Below, piece by piece: positions 37,879 through 49,600 of a stretch of 64,000 nt of DNA (position 1 is the first letter of the stretch; each line of letters starts with the position of its first letter). Position numbers and translations under genes: made by a program. A model generated the notes under the pieces. It was not told where the DNA came from, did not search any database, and saw nothing but the letters and a program-made list of their open reading frames with translations. The DNA is from Carpediemonas membranifera BICM (Eukaryota; Protista; Fornicata): assembly GCA_019828565.1 (NCBI GenBank), contig JAHDYR010000012.1, forward strand, positions 1,746,945 to 1,810,944, written 5' to 3'.

Positions 37879-38609
37879 CCAGGGTCGCCCAGAAGGCGCT
37901 GGGAGCTGAGATGCAGCGGCTGATCCCGAAGAGTGCCACTCGGAAGTAATCGGGCGAGAGGACGAGGATCAGCAGGCGGTTGAGGTATCCGCGAGCCGTG
38001 GTATCCGACGTGACACCGGCAGCAGCGCGAAATGCGGCCACGAGCCCGGCAGAGTAGCGCCCACTACCGGTCAGGCTGATGTCGCCACTCCGGAGGGCTG
38101 CTGAGACGATATCGCCATCAGTGAGCGTCGGGCACAGCTTGATCTTGAGGTGGGTCACCACCCCAGCGAGAGCGAACTGGCAGTAAGCCACGAGGTTAAG
38201 AATCTGGCGAGACTTCTTAACATCGGTGACTACCGCGGCGTCGTGGAGGTGACCCTGCTCAATGGCGTCGAAGATACGCTGAAGAGGCATTTCAATCGAG
38301 TTGCTGTAGCCATTCAGGCGCCGGGAGACCTCAGCTCTGATGTCGCGGGGAAGATTCATAGATGCTGTCACGGGTCGAGTAACACGCTCTGCGGCTTGTA
38401 CACGGTGCCTGGATGAGTGGTTGATTGATATTTGTTACTTACAGGTTACCGGAGGCCAAGCGCTTGCGCTGAGTACGTGTTTGAGCACGAAGAGAACGAC
38501 AGACGGCGGAATGAGCGGAAACAAGAGGCTTAGTGAGTTCCTCACCAATTTCGGCGGTTTTAGCGCGAATAGTATCCAGAATTGCTTCTACGGCGGCGTT
38601 GTCCGACAT
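37879..38609 (-). pseudogene. Element C antisense accessory gene, 5' part, with 34-nt intron (38409-38442)
   Basis: ATG 38609 (MSDNAAVEA). Removing GTAAGT...CCAG joins ORF 38439-38696 in frame to ORF 37874-38371. The reconstructed protein is 340 aa. Confidence 0.75.
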
Positions 38610-39367
38610 CAACTGAGTTGACGGCGACATATTCTGCACTTTTGGAACAATCGGTTTCAGGACGAAACCTAGAGCAGTAATAGGACGCCAAATCAAGCTA
38701 ATTCATCTATTTACTAAGCGCTGTAGCCTATTAGCTCCATCGGAAGCCGATTGATGTTGTTAATGAAGTACGAGCGCGCCAGGAAAAATGAAAGGCCCAA
38801 AACTCGCCAACGAAGGCCTTTTGGAGCCTCTTAATGCCTTTTTCGGCGTCTGCGTAAGTTTCAGCGCAAATGGTACAGTACTTCTTCTTATTCTTCTAGA
38901 CGCCGAGATCAACCCTCGAATTACTTAGAAGCATGCGTAACACGTAATATTTTTCGAGACACGGCCATATGAGGCCGTGGAGGGGCAGGGATAAGCCTCT
39001 ATGAATACGGGCGAACCCTAGCCGTCCGTTTGACTGTCATTGACGTCGGTAAGTTCGGACCCTATATGCGGTTCATGAGGGCGGCGAAGCCCTGGTAAGA
39101 CCATCTTAACACGTAACATAGCAATTGCTTACACAGTGGATCCACGTTATCATATACAGCTGTCGGGTTTTATTCCCATGTCACCGTTGGTGATACCATA
39201 ATTCCGTATCGGAAGACCGCGGGTCGGGCGTTGCCCACTCCACTGCCAATGGAGTAGACCGTTGCATAGCTTGGGTGGCACCAAACTATAACACGGATGA
39301 CCCTAGGCCAACCTAACCCCCGTAACTCGTTGAGTGTCATGCCTATTACCCAGGCATGGAGGGGCAG

Positions 39368-39479
39368 TGTGGTGGTCATAGACCACACTAATCATTTATA
39401 CAGTTTAAGCCATTTATTGGCACAAGGGTTTTCTCTTCTTCTTTCCCTGTAAAAGCATTCTCCGCATTAGCGAGGCACA
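39368..39479 (+). repeat. 3' LTR of element C
   Basis: Direct repeat of 20967-21078. Confidence 0.95.
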
Positions 39480-41216
39480 AGTGTGCATATCGGGCATATT
39501 CTTTGGATACGGTCGCAGAGCATTTCCTGCCCAGGGTACCTCCTGCTTATGATGAGCGCGGCTCCTCGAGTTGTGTGGCTGTTGCTAGCGGAGGGGAGCG
39601 TGTTGGAGGCTGTTGCAACTACCCTCTTCAGCTCCCTCCTGAGCATCATCTCCCCTCTGATAATCTTTGGTTTCTTGGGTGCTCTCCCGCCTGCCATTGT
39701 CTGCATTGCCTCCGCAGCTAGCACTTCGGCGGCCGCCTTGGCTGTTCGGCTACCTTTGGTGACGATGTCTCGTGCTGTCATCTTCCATCCCCCGGCTATT
39801 GCTCTGGGTCTGGGTCCGTGAAGGTCGCTAGGGGCCAGATCTAGTACGTTGTCTGCTCACTTGTTCAGCTTTCCGATAACGGACTTGGGGTTCGCTCTTC
39901 CCCAGTCGAAGTCCGCTAGGGGCGATGGGCGGTCAGGGTCCCGGGCCGATTCGCGGATTCTAACCGCTCTTACACCCATGTCCGCTTCCCAGCACATCCA
40001 TCCCATCATCAGGCGGGCGACACCCCTCCACCGGGTCCGGTTCCCGCCATGAGTCCTCGCCAGTCGTTCCAAAGCCTTCTGCCTCCTGGGACTTGGCCCC
40101 AGATTTCGATTCCGAATTCGATCTTTGGCCATAGGAAGGTGCGGAGGATGGACTCGGAGACAGCCGCGGGCGTGGAGCCTTTAGTCCATCCCACTCTCCG
40201 GGCGAGGGCGATGTACTTGTTCGACTGTTCTCTTTTCTTTTGCGATGCATGCGCTGAGCGGATGAGGGCCACTTGCTATCCAGAGTCCCAAGTATCGGCC
40301 TGACTCCGCTGCTCGGGTGGCCTCCCCTTGAATTCGCACTTCCGCATTTGGATTGGTACTTATGACGATGTTCTTTCCTGGGCTGATACACAGCTTGTGT
40401 GCCACTATCACTTCCACCATTGCGGCGGTGAGGGACTCCGCATCATTTTATTTCTTTGCCGAGATGCTCGTATCGTCTACGAACATTGCTATGATGCCAT
40501 TCCCGGGTCTGTGGTGGGTGGGGGGAAGCTTCGGGTCTGGTATCTCGCCGTACTGTATTCTGAGTGACGCCTGGCTAATCCAGTTGGCCGTAAATAGTAT
40601 GAATAGGGTGGGGGCGACCACGCAACCTTGCTTGACTCCTAGGTTCGTTTCGGACCATAGGTCGGATCCCCTTACCGCAATGTAGGTCCTCTCCATTTTG
40701 CTTTGTACTGCTCTGACTAGGTGGGGGTGTACACCCATATTGATCAGCTTGCTGACTAGGATGTCCCTGGGAACCGTGTCGTACGCCTTTGCAATGTCGA
40801 GCAGCACGCTGGTCCGGTCTCCTTCTTGGTGCAGTTGGGTTAGGAGGGCGATGTGGTCTATGACTGTCTTTCCCTTCATGAAGCCGATCTGCTCTCCGGG
40901 GGTGTGCCTCTCAACTGTTGGTTTGAGCCTCCATTTGAGTACCTTCCCATATGCTCGGTAGAGGAGGGGGGTGAGTGAGATGGGTCGGTAGGATCCTGGC
41001 AGTAGCTTATCTTTCCCTACTTTGTGTATCGGGGAGATGGAGGCGTACTTCCACGTGGTGGGTAGTTCCCCAGACTCGTATACTTTCTGGAAGAGGCATG
41101 CGATTGCCCTGTAGGCCGCCTGGGGGAGGTCTCTCAGACATTCGCCCGTGATACCATCCGGGCCTCCTGCCGATGATTTCTTCAGGGACTTGATGGCGGC
41201 CGTGACCTCCTCCTCC
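39480..41216 (-). mobile_element. LINE B, RT portion (5'-truncated)
   Basis: KSSAGGPDG, LDIAKAYDTV, GVKQG and MFVDDT; highly similar to LINE A ORF2. Confidence 0.92.
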
Positions 41217-41218
41217 TA

Positions 41219-41233
41219 CTTACCTTACCTTAC
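41219..41233. repeat. (CTTAC)3 telomere-like pentamers at a junction
   Basis: CTTACCTTACCTTAC at the truncation point of LINE B. Confidence 0.75.
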
Positions 41234-41475
41234 TTCTCTGGTCCGAGCTCTGAATTCCTCGGGTCTGGTTCTGGCGCGGCTTGGGGCGTCCTGGGGCGCG
41301 ATCGCTGCCAGGGACGTCTCTCTGGCCCAGAATTCCTGGGGTGCGCCACATGAGGACCTGTGGGTCTGAAGTGTGCGATCAAGGGCGCCTGGTCTGAAGA
41401 CTTCGCCACACTTGGGGCACCTCCATAACGTCGCCCTCTCCGCGTGGTACTTGCGCGCATCACCGGGGCCGATGT
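41234..41475 (-). mobile_element. Short fragment encoding a C2HC zinc finger, probably from the N-terminus of an RLE-type retroelement
   Basis: Manual translation WRCPKCGEVF...QTHRSSC. Confidence 0.4.
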
Positions 41476-42871
41476 TCCTGGCTGCCCAGTCGATCGGTGA
41501 GCCATCGACTCAGATGACTCTGAACAGTTTGTATCTTTTCGTATCTACACGCGTTACGCAGCTTTCCATCTTGCCGGTCACGGCGCCGTTGATGTCACCC
41601 AGGGCATCCCCCGCATGCGTGAGGTCCTCCTCGTCGCCACGAAGTCGATCAAGACACCCGTCATGAACCTCCTCCTCCGGCCCCACGCCACGCGCGAGGA
41701 CGCCCAGGCTCTTGCCGGTCTCTTGCGCCGTATCTCTTTCATGGACGTCCTGACGAAGATGGAAGTCGGCGAGCGGGTGGACCAGAGCAAGACGGCTTTC
41801 GGCACCCGCCGTGAGCGTGTCTTTACCCTGTACATGAATGTCCTCGGTGAAGAAGACCGCAAGGCCCTGGGGCTCACGGTCGCCCGCGTCAGGCTGGGAG
41901 TCTGCCGGTTCATCGCGATGATTGCCTCTGGCCTCTCGCGCGAGCTCAACGCCGTCGACGATATGGACGACCTCGCCTCTGGATTTATCGACGATGAGGT
42001 GCATGGTAGCTCTAACGCTGCTGCTGAAGAAGCTGACTCGGCCAAGGACGCCAGCAACGCCCGCCAGACCCAGGAGGGGCAGATGTACGGCGCCGACGAC
42101 AATGGAGAGCCCGCCCGCACCGAGCGACACAGCGCTGCCGCCGTAGACGCCGACGGCGAGCTCCTCGAAGGCAACGAGAAGGTGCTCATCAACAAGGCCA
42201 AGCGGTCATATCTGGATCAGATTTCGCTGCCCGACGACAACGACGACTTCTGCTGGGCATCATTCAGGGTGCCCCTCTCTGACCAGAGCGTGCTCATGAC
42301 GTCGATGGCCGAGGAGCTCGCCAACAAGGTCAATGTCAAGGCCATTACCGGCGTCACGCGCGCCTCTGTCGGTGAGCCCAAGACCGTTGACGGCCAGACT
42401 CGTCAGGTTGTCGCGTGTAACGGTGTCAACCTCGCCACCGCCCGGCAGCACGACGAGCTCGTCGACGTCGACCACCTCTACTGCAACTGCGTGATGACAA
42501 CTCTCGAGCAGTACGGTGTTGAAGCTGCTCGCGCTGCCATCATCAACGAAGTTTCCTCGATCTTCAAGGTCTACGGTATTGGCGTTGATGCCCGCCATCT
42601 CTCGTTGATTGCCGACCACATGACTCGAGAGGGCGGCTACAAGCCCTTCAACAGGCACGGTATTGACAACTCGCCGTCCCAACTTCACAAGATGACTTAT
42701 GAGACCACCACCGCCTTCCTGACACAGTCGGCTCTGTACGGAATCTCCGACAACGCCGCGGGACCCTCGTCTCGCGTGGCGGTCGGCCGGCCCCTTCGGG
42801 CGGGAACAGGCATGGTTGACATCCTTCTCGACATGCAGGACCAGGAGCTCGGATGGAGCGTCAAGGAGTAA
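41472..42871 (+). pseudogene. RPA1: RNA polymerase I largest subunit, C-terminal fragment only, with 35-nt intron (41527-41561)
   Basis: LAAQSIGEPSTQMTLN|TFHLAG is restored by splicing. YGVEAAR, RHLSLIADHMT, GGYKPFNR and KMTYETTTAFL are Pol I-type. The N-terminal part of the gene is not in the window. Confidence 0.88.
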
Positions 42872-43046
42872 TAAATCGGATTCGGATTGTGCGTGAGAGG
42901 TGATGATGCTGTGGCAGGTTGATTGTACGTTTGTGGGATAATGCTCTGAGACATCTTGAATAGCGCTGCACAGTGCTACAGAAGAAATCCATTTATAGAA
43001 ATGTACAAGCTGGGCGGTAAATCAATCATGTATCACAGCCACACGC

Positions 43047-44588
43047 CTAGTCAAACTTGGCGAGAACGTCCCGGCCAGCGTTCTCCACGCGGATCAGGCC
43101 ATTCTGTATGTCCTGCAGCAACGCAAGGTCGTCGTCAGTCGCCACAATCTCGTCATCTCCGGCATTCCGGCGCATATTAGCATTAAACTGCGCCAAACCT
43201 GGCATGACTTTGGCCAAGTCGTCCATAAACTCAGCAACTCCGGCAGACTCGAGCTGACTCGGCTGTTCCGGAATAGGCTCAGGTTCTACGGCCTGGGCGG
43301 TCGACTTAGTCCTCATGAAAGCATCAACTGCGAGGCCAAGATTTGTGATTTTCACAGCGAGCTCCGCAGCGTTTTGTCTTTCTTCGAACGCGGCAATCGC
43401 CTTCCTCATACCGGCCGCGCCTTCGATCATTTCCAGTCTACTTGCCTCGAGCGTATGAACGTTTCTTGTAAGAATAGCGTTTTGGCGCAACAAGTGTGAA
43501 ATTCTGGCATTGATCTCGCCATCTCTACTGTGATCGACGACCGGGATCTCAACGCGGTGCTTCGAAGACATCGGCCTCTCTCGCCGCTTCAGGTCTGCCG
43601 AGCGCATGCTTGTCCGCCCAACGGCAGAAGCTGAGCCGCTCCTGGTCATCTTGGTCTTCACCGCGCTCGACTTTGGGCGTGGGTCGACTTTCTTCGCTGG
43701 TGCAGTCGGGGTTGGCTCAAGACCGTCCTTGGCGAGCTTAACAAGCTCCTCAGCCCACTCGAAGAAGGACGAGACAGTGGTAGCGAGGCTTTGCTCGGTG
43801 TATGGTAGGTTGTACAGCTTGTCATAGGACTCCCGGAACGATCTGTAGCTGTCAAGACAAATGCGGAAGAACTGGTGCTCTTGGGCTTCGGAAAGACGGA
43901 CCTCGGACTTCCCAGGGGGGAACATCTTCGCACGCCACATCCTGGCGCGGTTCATCTTTGAATCGGAAGAGGAAAACTGGGCTAGGAGGGTCGAAATGAC
44001 GAGTGAACGCACTGGGAAGCCGCCTTCAAGCAAGTCGTCATCTGAGACGTAGGCTACTAGCTTGCCCTTGTTGGCTGCTTTCAGGACAATTGGTTGCGCG
44101 AGCGTCCAGGGTCTGCCACCGATGCGTGCGGCTTCGTCCTCGGAGAGGAGTGTCGGGCAGTTCGCGCCGGAGTCTGGGTCGACCAAGCGTGTTAGCCCGC
44201 GGATCTCGATCTCGACGGGGTCTGCCCATGTGCAGCTCACTCTGGGTTCTGAGTTGCGGGCAGTATCCTTCGGCGCCTGAGCCTGGGCCTTGGTTCCAAC
44301 GTGTGAAGAATATGAAGAATAACTGCGGGCGTTTACGTGTTGCCGCGACAGCTTCTTAATCTTCTCGTCCTTCTTCTTCAGTTGTGCCTTGAGGCGGGCG
44401 ATCTCGGCCTTGAGCTTCGGTGTCTCGGCCGACTTGGGGGTACCAGTAGGGTGGACTGGGGCGGGCCAGTAGACGGGGCTCTTATGGCTACTACTATCGA
44501 GGTCCGCCTTCAGTCTCCGGGACGCTGTGGCGAGGTCCAGAAGGCGGAGCTCGGCCTTAGCCGACTCACCCACCGCGCAGGTGATGAG
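43047..44588 (-). pseudogene. 3' part of chimeric Gag-protease/host coiled-coil ORF (5' part at 50732-51178), interrupted by element D
   Basis: Joins in frame across the CAGC TSD (VEWL|LITCAVG). Protease-like LVDPDSGAN, then non-retroviral coiled-coil sequence. Confidence 0.7.
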
Positions 44589-44592
44589 CAGC

Positions 44593-44713
44593 TGTAGTCC
44601 GTTAGGGACAAGAAAGCTTTACAGGGAAAAGAGACGACACCAAATGTGTCGACAGAAACCTGAAGACGATGTAAATAATACAACTATGTAAATATTGGGT
44701 AAGACCCACGACA
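44593..44713 (-). repeat. 3' LTR of element D
   Basis: Exact repeat of 50611-50731. Confidence 0.97.
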
Positions 44714-45363
44714 CCGCCCCTCCATGGACCCCAAAGGGGCCATGGCCTCAGGCGTATGCCACTCGAACGAATGTGCGATGAGGGACTTGACCAGTCCCGA
44801 GACCTCCGATGCCACTCATTGGTCTACGAGACTCTGTACCATGGCAGGGTACAGGGTGAATGCCTTGTTCAAGTCGGGAGCCAGAATTGGCGGGGTGAAT
44901 CTGAAAGATTCGGAAAATATCTGCGGATCTCAAAATCCTATCGTGGTACCACTTGTTAGCGCGCTGTGTAATTAGAATGATCTTACGTGAGGCATTCCGC
45001 CCCTCCACGGTCGTAAAACGGCCGTTTGAATATTGATTAGATCAAATGAGCGCCTAAAACTGCTCACTGTGATGATCTTTGTGTTTCTCTTGGTATGTAC
45101 TTCACGTCGCCGTCCTTATTACATAGAGATCGAAAAACGTCATTAGAAGCCTCAATTCGGCTTCGTTCGCGAGTTCTCGCGTTTTTTGCTCTCGACGGTG
45201 CGACGTTCTCTCTCGCGGCTGCAAAAGGCCGCGTTCATCCTTAATAACATCAATCGGGCTTGAATTAGCCGTAAAACAGTGTCTTTCAAGTTCCATTGAG
45301 GTTGGTTGCTACTTCTTTCGAGTTGTTGTTTTCTCAGTGAAAACGGGAAGTGACGAACAAGCA

Positions 45364-46608
45364 ATGTCCGACGTACGTGAGCAGATTACGCAGATGCTGG
45401 CGCTATTTGATGAGGAGAAAGCCCGAAAGGCCTTCAAACGCTTCTTGAACCGCTATCTCGATCGTGCCCGTTTTTTCAACTCAGCCAGCGACTACCACGC
45501 TTTGTTCAGCGCACCTGCTCCTACAAACGTGACATCTATCCGGGACACCTCTACTGAGAGCGTTACGAGTGCTCCGGTCACTTCTTGTGTGCGTTCGCCG
45601 ACGCCGGGCGGTGACGAAAGCCCGGAGGAGGCTGAGACGGTGAGTGGTGATGCTGGCTCTCCACGTGAGAACCGTGGTGACTCGTGCGAGGCCGAGACCG
45701 CTCGTAGCGATAATGAATCCCGGCCAACGGGTCACGGCGACTCGGGGTCGGGTGAGGAAACCGAGGTCTCGCCGCTCTTCTCTCTGGAGGAGATGATCAC
45801 CGCTGTTGCCGCAGAGGGCGTGAGTTACATCACTCTAGACATGTCTGGTACCTTGCGGGCGCTCCGCGCCGGGATGCTCAACTCATATGGGCATCTCGCC
45901 GCAACGGAGAACGCTTCTTCCGTTGCGCGTGACATCTGTCGCGATGGTCTCGTGTTGCTGGCGCTATCGCGCGAGTACCACACTCGGGCTATGTGTGGTC
46001 GGCCTGGCGATCCCACCGATCAGGATCTGGTGGCTTTGCACCTCCGCCGCCTCGACGCGACCTCGCGTACGCTCTGTCATCAGGGTTTGCGCGAGCGTAT
46101 TCAGCTTCTCTCGGGGCGTGGTCACACCGTCATGACCCCTCATCTGCGTCGCGCCATAATGTTAGGTAATGACCCAGACCTGTATGACATGATGGTCGTG
46201 GGCCACGCGCAGGGCATCCTAGACGCTGCTGACGTGCGAGAGTTCAGCCGCCAATACATTGAAGCAATCCGGACCCCCACTGGTTTCGGTCATGTGCGCC
46301 ACTCTTTGATGGACAACTTCCTGTTCGATGTCCCCAGCAATGACGTCCTGCCCGTCGCGCTCGATCATAACGAGCCACGTCGTGTGTATGTGCTTGAGGC
46401 AATCGTTGGCCACCATCTGCATGAGAATTCCCTGCGTCTGCTCGTGCACTATGCTCGACGCGAGTACAGCTCGATTATCCTGGCAACCGAGGCAATCCGT
46501 GATAGTCAGGCTGGGGTCAAGTTCTTTGCTGCTCATCCCGAGCTAGTTCGCTATTGTACCCGGTCTGAGGACGCGAACGGTGCTCTCAGCGGGGGTGTTT
46601 TGGAGTGA
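45364..46608 (+). CDS. Element D antisense accessory protein with C-terminal chromodomain-like region
   Basis: 414-aa ORF from ATG 45364, convergent with pol. VYVLEAIVGHH...LLVHY...AHPEL resembles the element B integrase chromodomain. Confidence 0.8.
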   Translation: MSDVREQITQMLALFDEEKARKAFKRFLNRYLDRARFFNSASDYHALFSAPAPTNVTSIRDTSTESVTSAPVTSCVRSPTPGGDESPEEAETVSGDAGSPRENRGDSCEAETARSDNESRPTGHGDSGSGEETEVSPLFSLEEMITAVAAEGVSYITLDMSGTLRALRAGMLNSYGHLAATENASSVARDICRDGLVLLALSREYHTRAMCGRPGDPTDQDLVALHLRRLDATSRTLCHQGLRERIQLLSGRGHTVMTPHLRRAIMLGNDPDLYDMMVVGHAQGILDAADVREFSRQYIEAIRTPTGFGHVRHSLMDNFLFDVPSNDVLPVALDHNEPRRVYVLEAIVGHHLHENSLRLLVHYARREYSSIILATEAIRDSQAGVKFFAAHPELVRYCTRSEDANGALSGGVLE

Positions 46609-46641
46609 GATAAAGGTTTGGATTGAGTAGCTGCTGAAGGT

Positions 46642-49600
46642 TTACAGACCGGCTCGCTTGGCCTCGTCTGACTTCAGGAATATGTCTAGCGCCTCTAGGT
46701 CCTTGACTGACGAATAGTCTTGCCACGTGGCCTCTTCGTCTTCGCACCCAGCCCAATGGACGAGGTATTCCCGCTTGGACATCGGGCCTCGACCTCGAGA
46801 TCGACTGATTCGCTCAACTTCCCACTCGTCGTCAGCCGTGGCTGCGAGTGCTTTGATCTGATCTTCTGTCAGCCTGCCGGGATTGAACTTCCGAACTCTC
46901 GATGCGTCTACCGTGATCGCTTTCGAGTTGTCCTTCTCAGCTAGGTCTAAAACCTTATACGCGACAACGACACCGTGTTGTTTCACTCCGGCGAGCCTTC
47001 GCATTGGCCCTCTCCATCCAGGTGACAACTTGTTCGGTGGTCTAGAGGGGTACTTGACTAGGACGAACCTGCTAATAATCTCATTCCTCGAGGCAGTAGC
47101 CTTTGCGAGGGCGTCCTCTCTCATCGCCTGGACTCGGCTGCTGGCGAGTTGGACAGCCGCTGCGGCCGCTTCCCTGTGAGACTCACTCGCGCTCGCTGTA
47201 CTAGAATCAGTCACATACACGTTCTGTGGTATTCTCAGGTCGTACCCGAGAACTATCTCGGCTGGTGACAGGCGTGTAGACGTGCGCGGGGATGAATTAA
47301 CGATGAACTGGGCGACAGGTAGATTCTCGATCCAGGTTGACCCTCTGAGCTGAAACTTACGCGCCTTGAGGATGCGTAATACTTGCTGGTTGGCGCGCTC
47401 TACCATCCCATTGGATTGCGGGTGGTGAGCCGTGGTAATATGGATCTTGAACCCCATCTCATCTGCGATGCGCTTGAAGAGTTGGTTCTTGAACTCTGGT
47501 CCTCCGTCGGATTGGAGAACCTCAGGGCACCCGAAACGCAATATCCAGTTGTTGACCAGGGCGTCCGCTGCTGCCGCGCCGGTGGTACTCGAAGATGCGA
47601 CTAGCTCAGTCCACCGACTGCACATGTCGATCATGACTGTGATGTAAGCCTTGCCGTCGACGGAGAGGAAAGGCCCCATCGTGTCAACTGCCACCCAACG
47701 GAACGGGCGATCTACGGCTGTGTGCAATCCTGACGGGCTGTCAACCGGAGGGCGTCTAATCACCTGGCACACCGGGCAGTTTTCGATGACCTTGCTGACA
47801 GTCTCACGTGATACTGACTTGCCTTGGTCCTTGAGTCGTTCAGTAACTACACGTCGGGAGAGGTGGGCCCCGGCGGTGAGGTGTTCTGCTTCAACGTCAT
47901 CTTCTGATGCGGACTGCATAACGTACACTCGCGATAAGCCGTCTGCCCCACCGTTATCAAGGCCAGCGACGTGCTTGACGTCGAAGTCCATGTCGGACAT
48001 AGCCTCAGCCCATCTGCGGACCTTGGCGTTAGTCGACTTGTACATGTAAATCAGGTTGCGATGGTCCGTGAGAAGGGTGAACTTTCCCCAGGAGAGGTAC
48101 TTGTTCCATCGCTTAATGGCGGCGACGATGGCGAATGCCTCCTTCTCTCCGACCGACCATCGCGATTGCACTTGGTCAAAGGCCTTGCTCATAAAGCACA
48201 CGGGTTGGCCTTCCTGCAATAGCACAGCGCCGTAGCCTACTCCTGACGCGTCGGTCATGATGGTGTGTTCCTTGGACGCATCGAAGATGGCGAGTGCTTC
48301 TGCTTGGGCGAGGAGTGTCTTGACTTTGCGTAGGGCTTGCTCTTGCTCGTCGCCATCCAGCGGGATCTTGGAGGCCATCGCTTGAGTTAAGGGGTGTACT
48401 ACTTCTGCGAAACCAGGGACATGATCCCGGAAATAGTTAAGAAATCCGACGAGCGCTTGCATTCCCTTGACCGACTTAGGCATTTCGAGATCCAGGATGT
48501 CTTGAATGCGGTCCGCTGCGATGCGTTGACAGCCATGGGATATGACCCTGCCCAGGAACTCGACCTCGGCCCTCGAAAACTGGCACTTGTCACGGTTGAG
48601 TTGTAACTTGATCTGTCTAGTACGCTGCAGCACGCTCTCCAGGTTCTTGAGGTAATCCTCCTCGTTTTCCCCGAAGACAATGATATCGTCGATATAGATA
48701 TAACAGGCGTGACCAACCAGTTCGGCGAAAGCCGACTCCATGGCACGCTGAAAGTGAGCTCCTGCGTTCCTTAGCCCGAAGGGCATCCTAGTGTATTGAT
48801 ATTGACCTAGAATGGTGGTGAACGCAGTGTACTTGCGGCAGCGTTTGGTCAGTTCGACCTGGTGATAACCCGACGACAGGTCTAGTGTGGCGAAGATCTT
48901 CTTGTTGGGTAGTTGGGCGATCACCTCGTCGATCATTGGGATCGGGTAGTCGAAAGTGGGGGTGATCTCGTTGATCTGCCGGAAATCCACGACGAAGCGC
49001 GACTTCCCGCCCTTCTTCGGCACCGTCATGGCCGGGGATGCGTACGGTGAGTTGCTTCTCTCGATAAACCCCTTCAAGGACAGCTCGTCGATGTGCTCCC
49101 GTATTATGTCGACCTTGGCTGGTGGGACGAAGTATGGTCTGGCGTTGACCACTCGGTCCTCGCGTAGGATGAGGTCATACGGCTCGAGGCGGCTGGGTTC
49201 GCTACGGTCCTCGAACACGTCGCTATAACGTCTGATGAGCTCGGCCTGCCGGTCGATGCTGGTCTGCGACAAAGAAAACAATGGTGCCTGATACTTGTAC
49301 ACGTCCGGAATCTCGATCTCGTCATCATCTTGCTCGTCGGTGTAGGCTTGGGGAAGGATTCCCAGTGCTACCATGTCTGGATATCCGATAATCATGTCGA
49401 ACTCAGTGTCAAGTAGCAGCATACGTGGCTTGTAGGAGCACGCCTTGGGTGTAAACGCTGACGCTAGCAGTCTTACGTCGCCTTCAACAGCGCCTTGCGC
49501 GTGAAGAATACCCTTGTTGGCGGTACGGATCGGAATAACCTCGGAGCTAACTTTTGTCAGCTTGGACGCCCACGTGCTCTTGATGATCGTGACTCCGGCA

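Larger units (their letters stand above)
20967..39479 (+). mobile_element. Ty3/gypsy chromovirus-like element C (hosts nested E and LINE A)
   Basis: 112-bp LTRs at 20967-21078 and 39368-39479 with 1 mismatch. 4-bp TSD AGTG. PPT GGAGGGGCAG before the 3' LTR. Confidence 0.95.
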
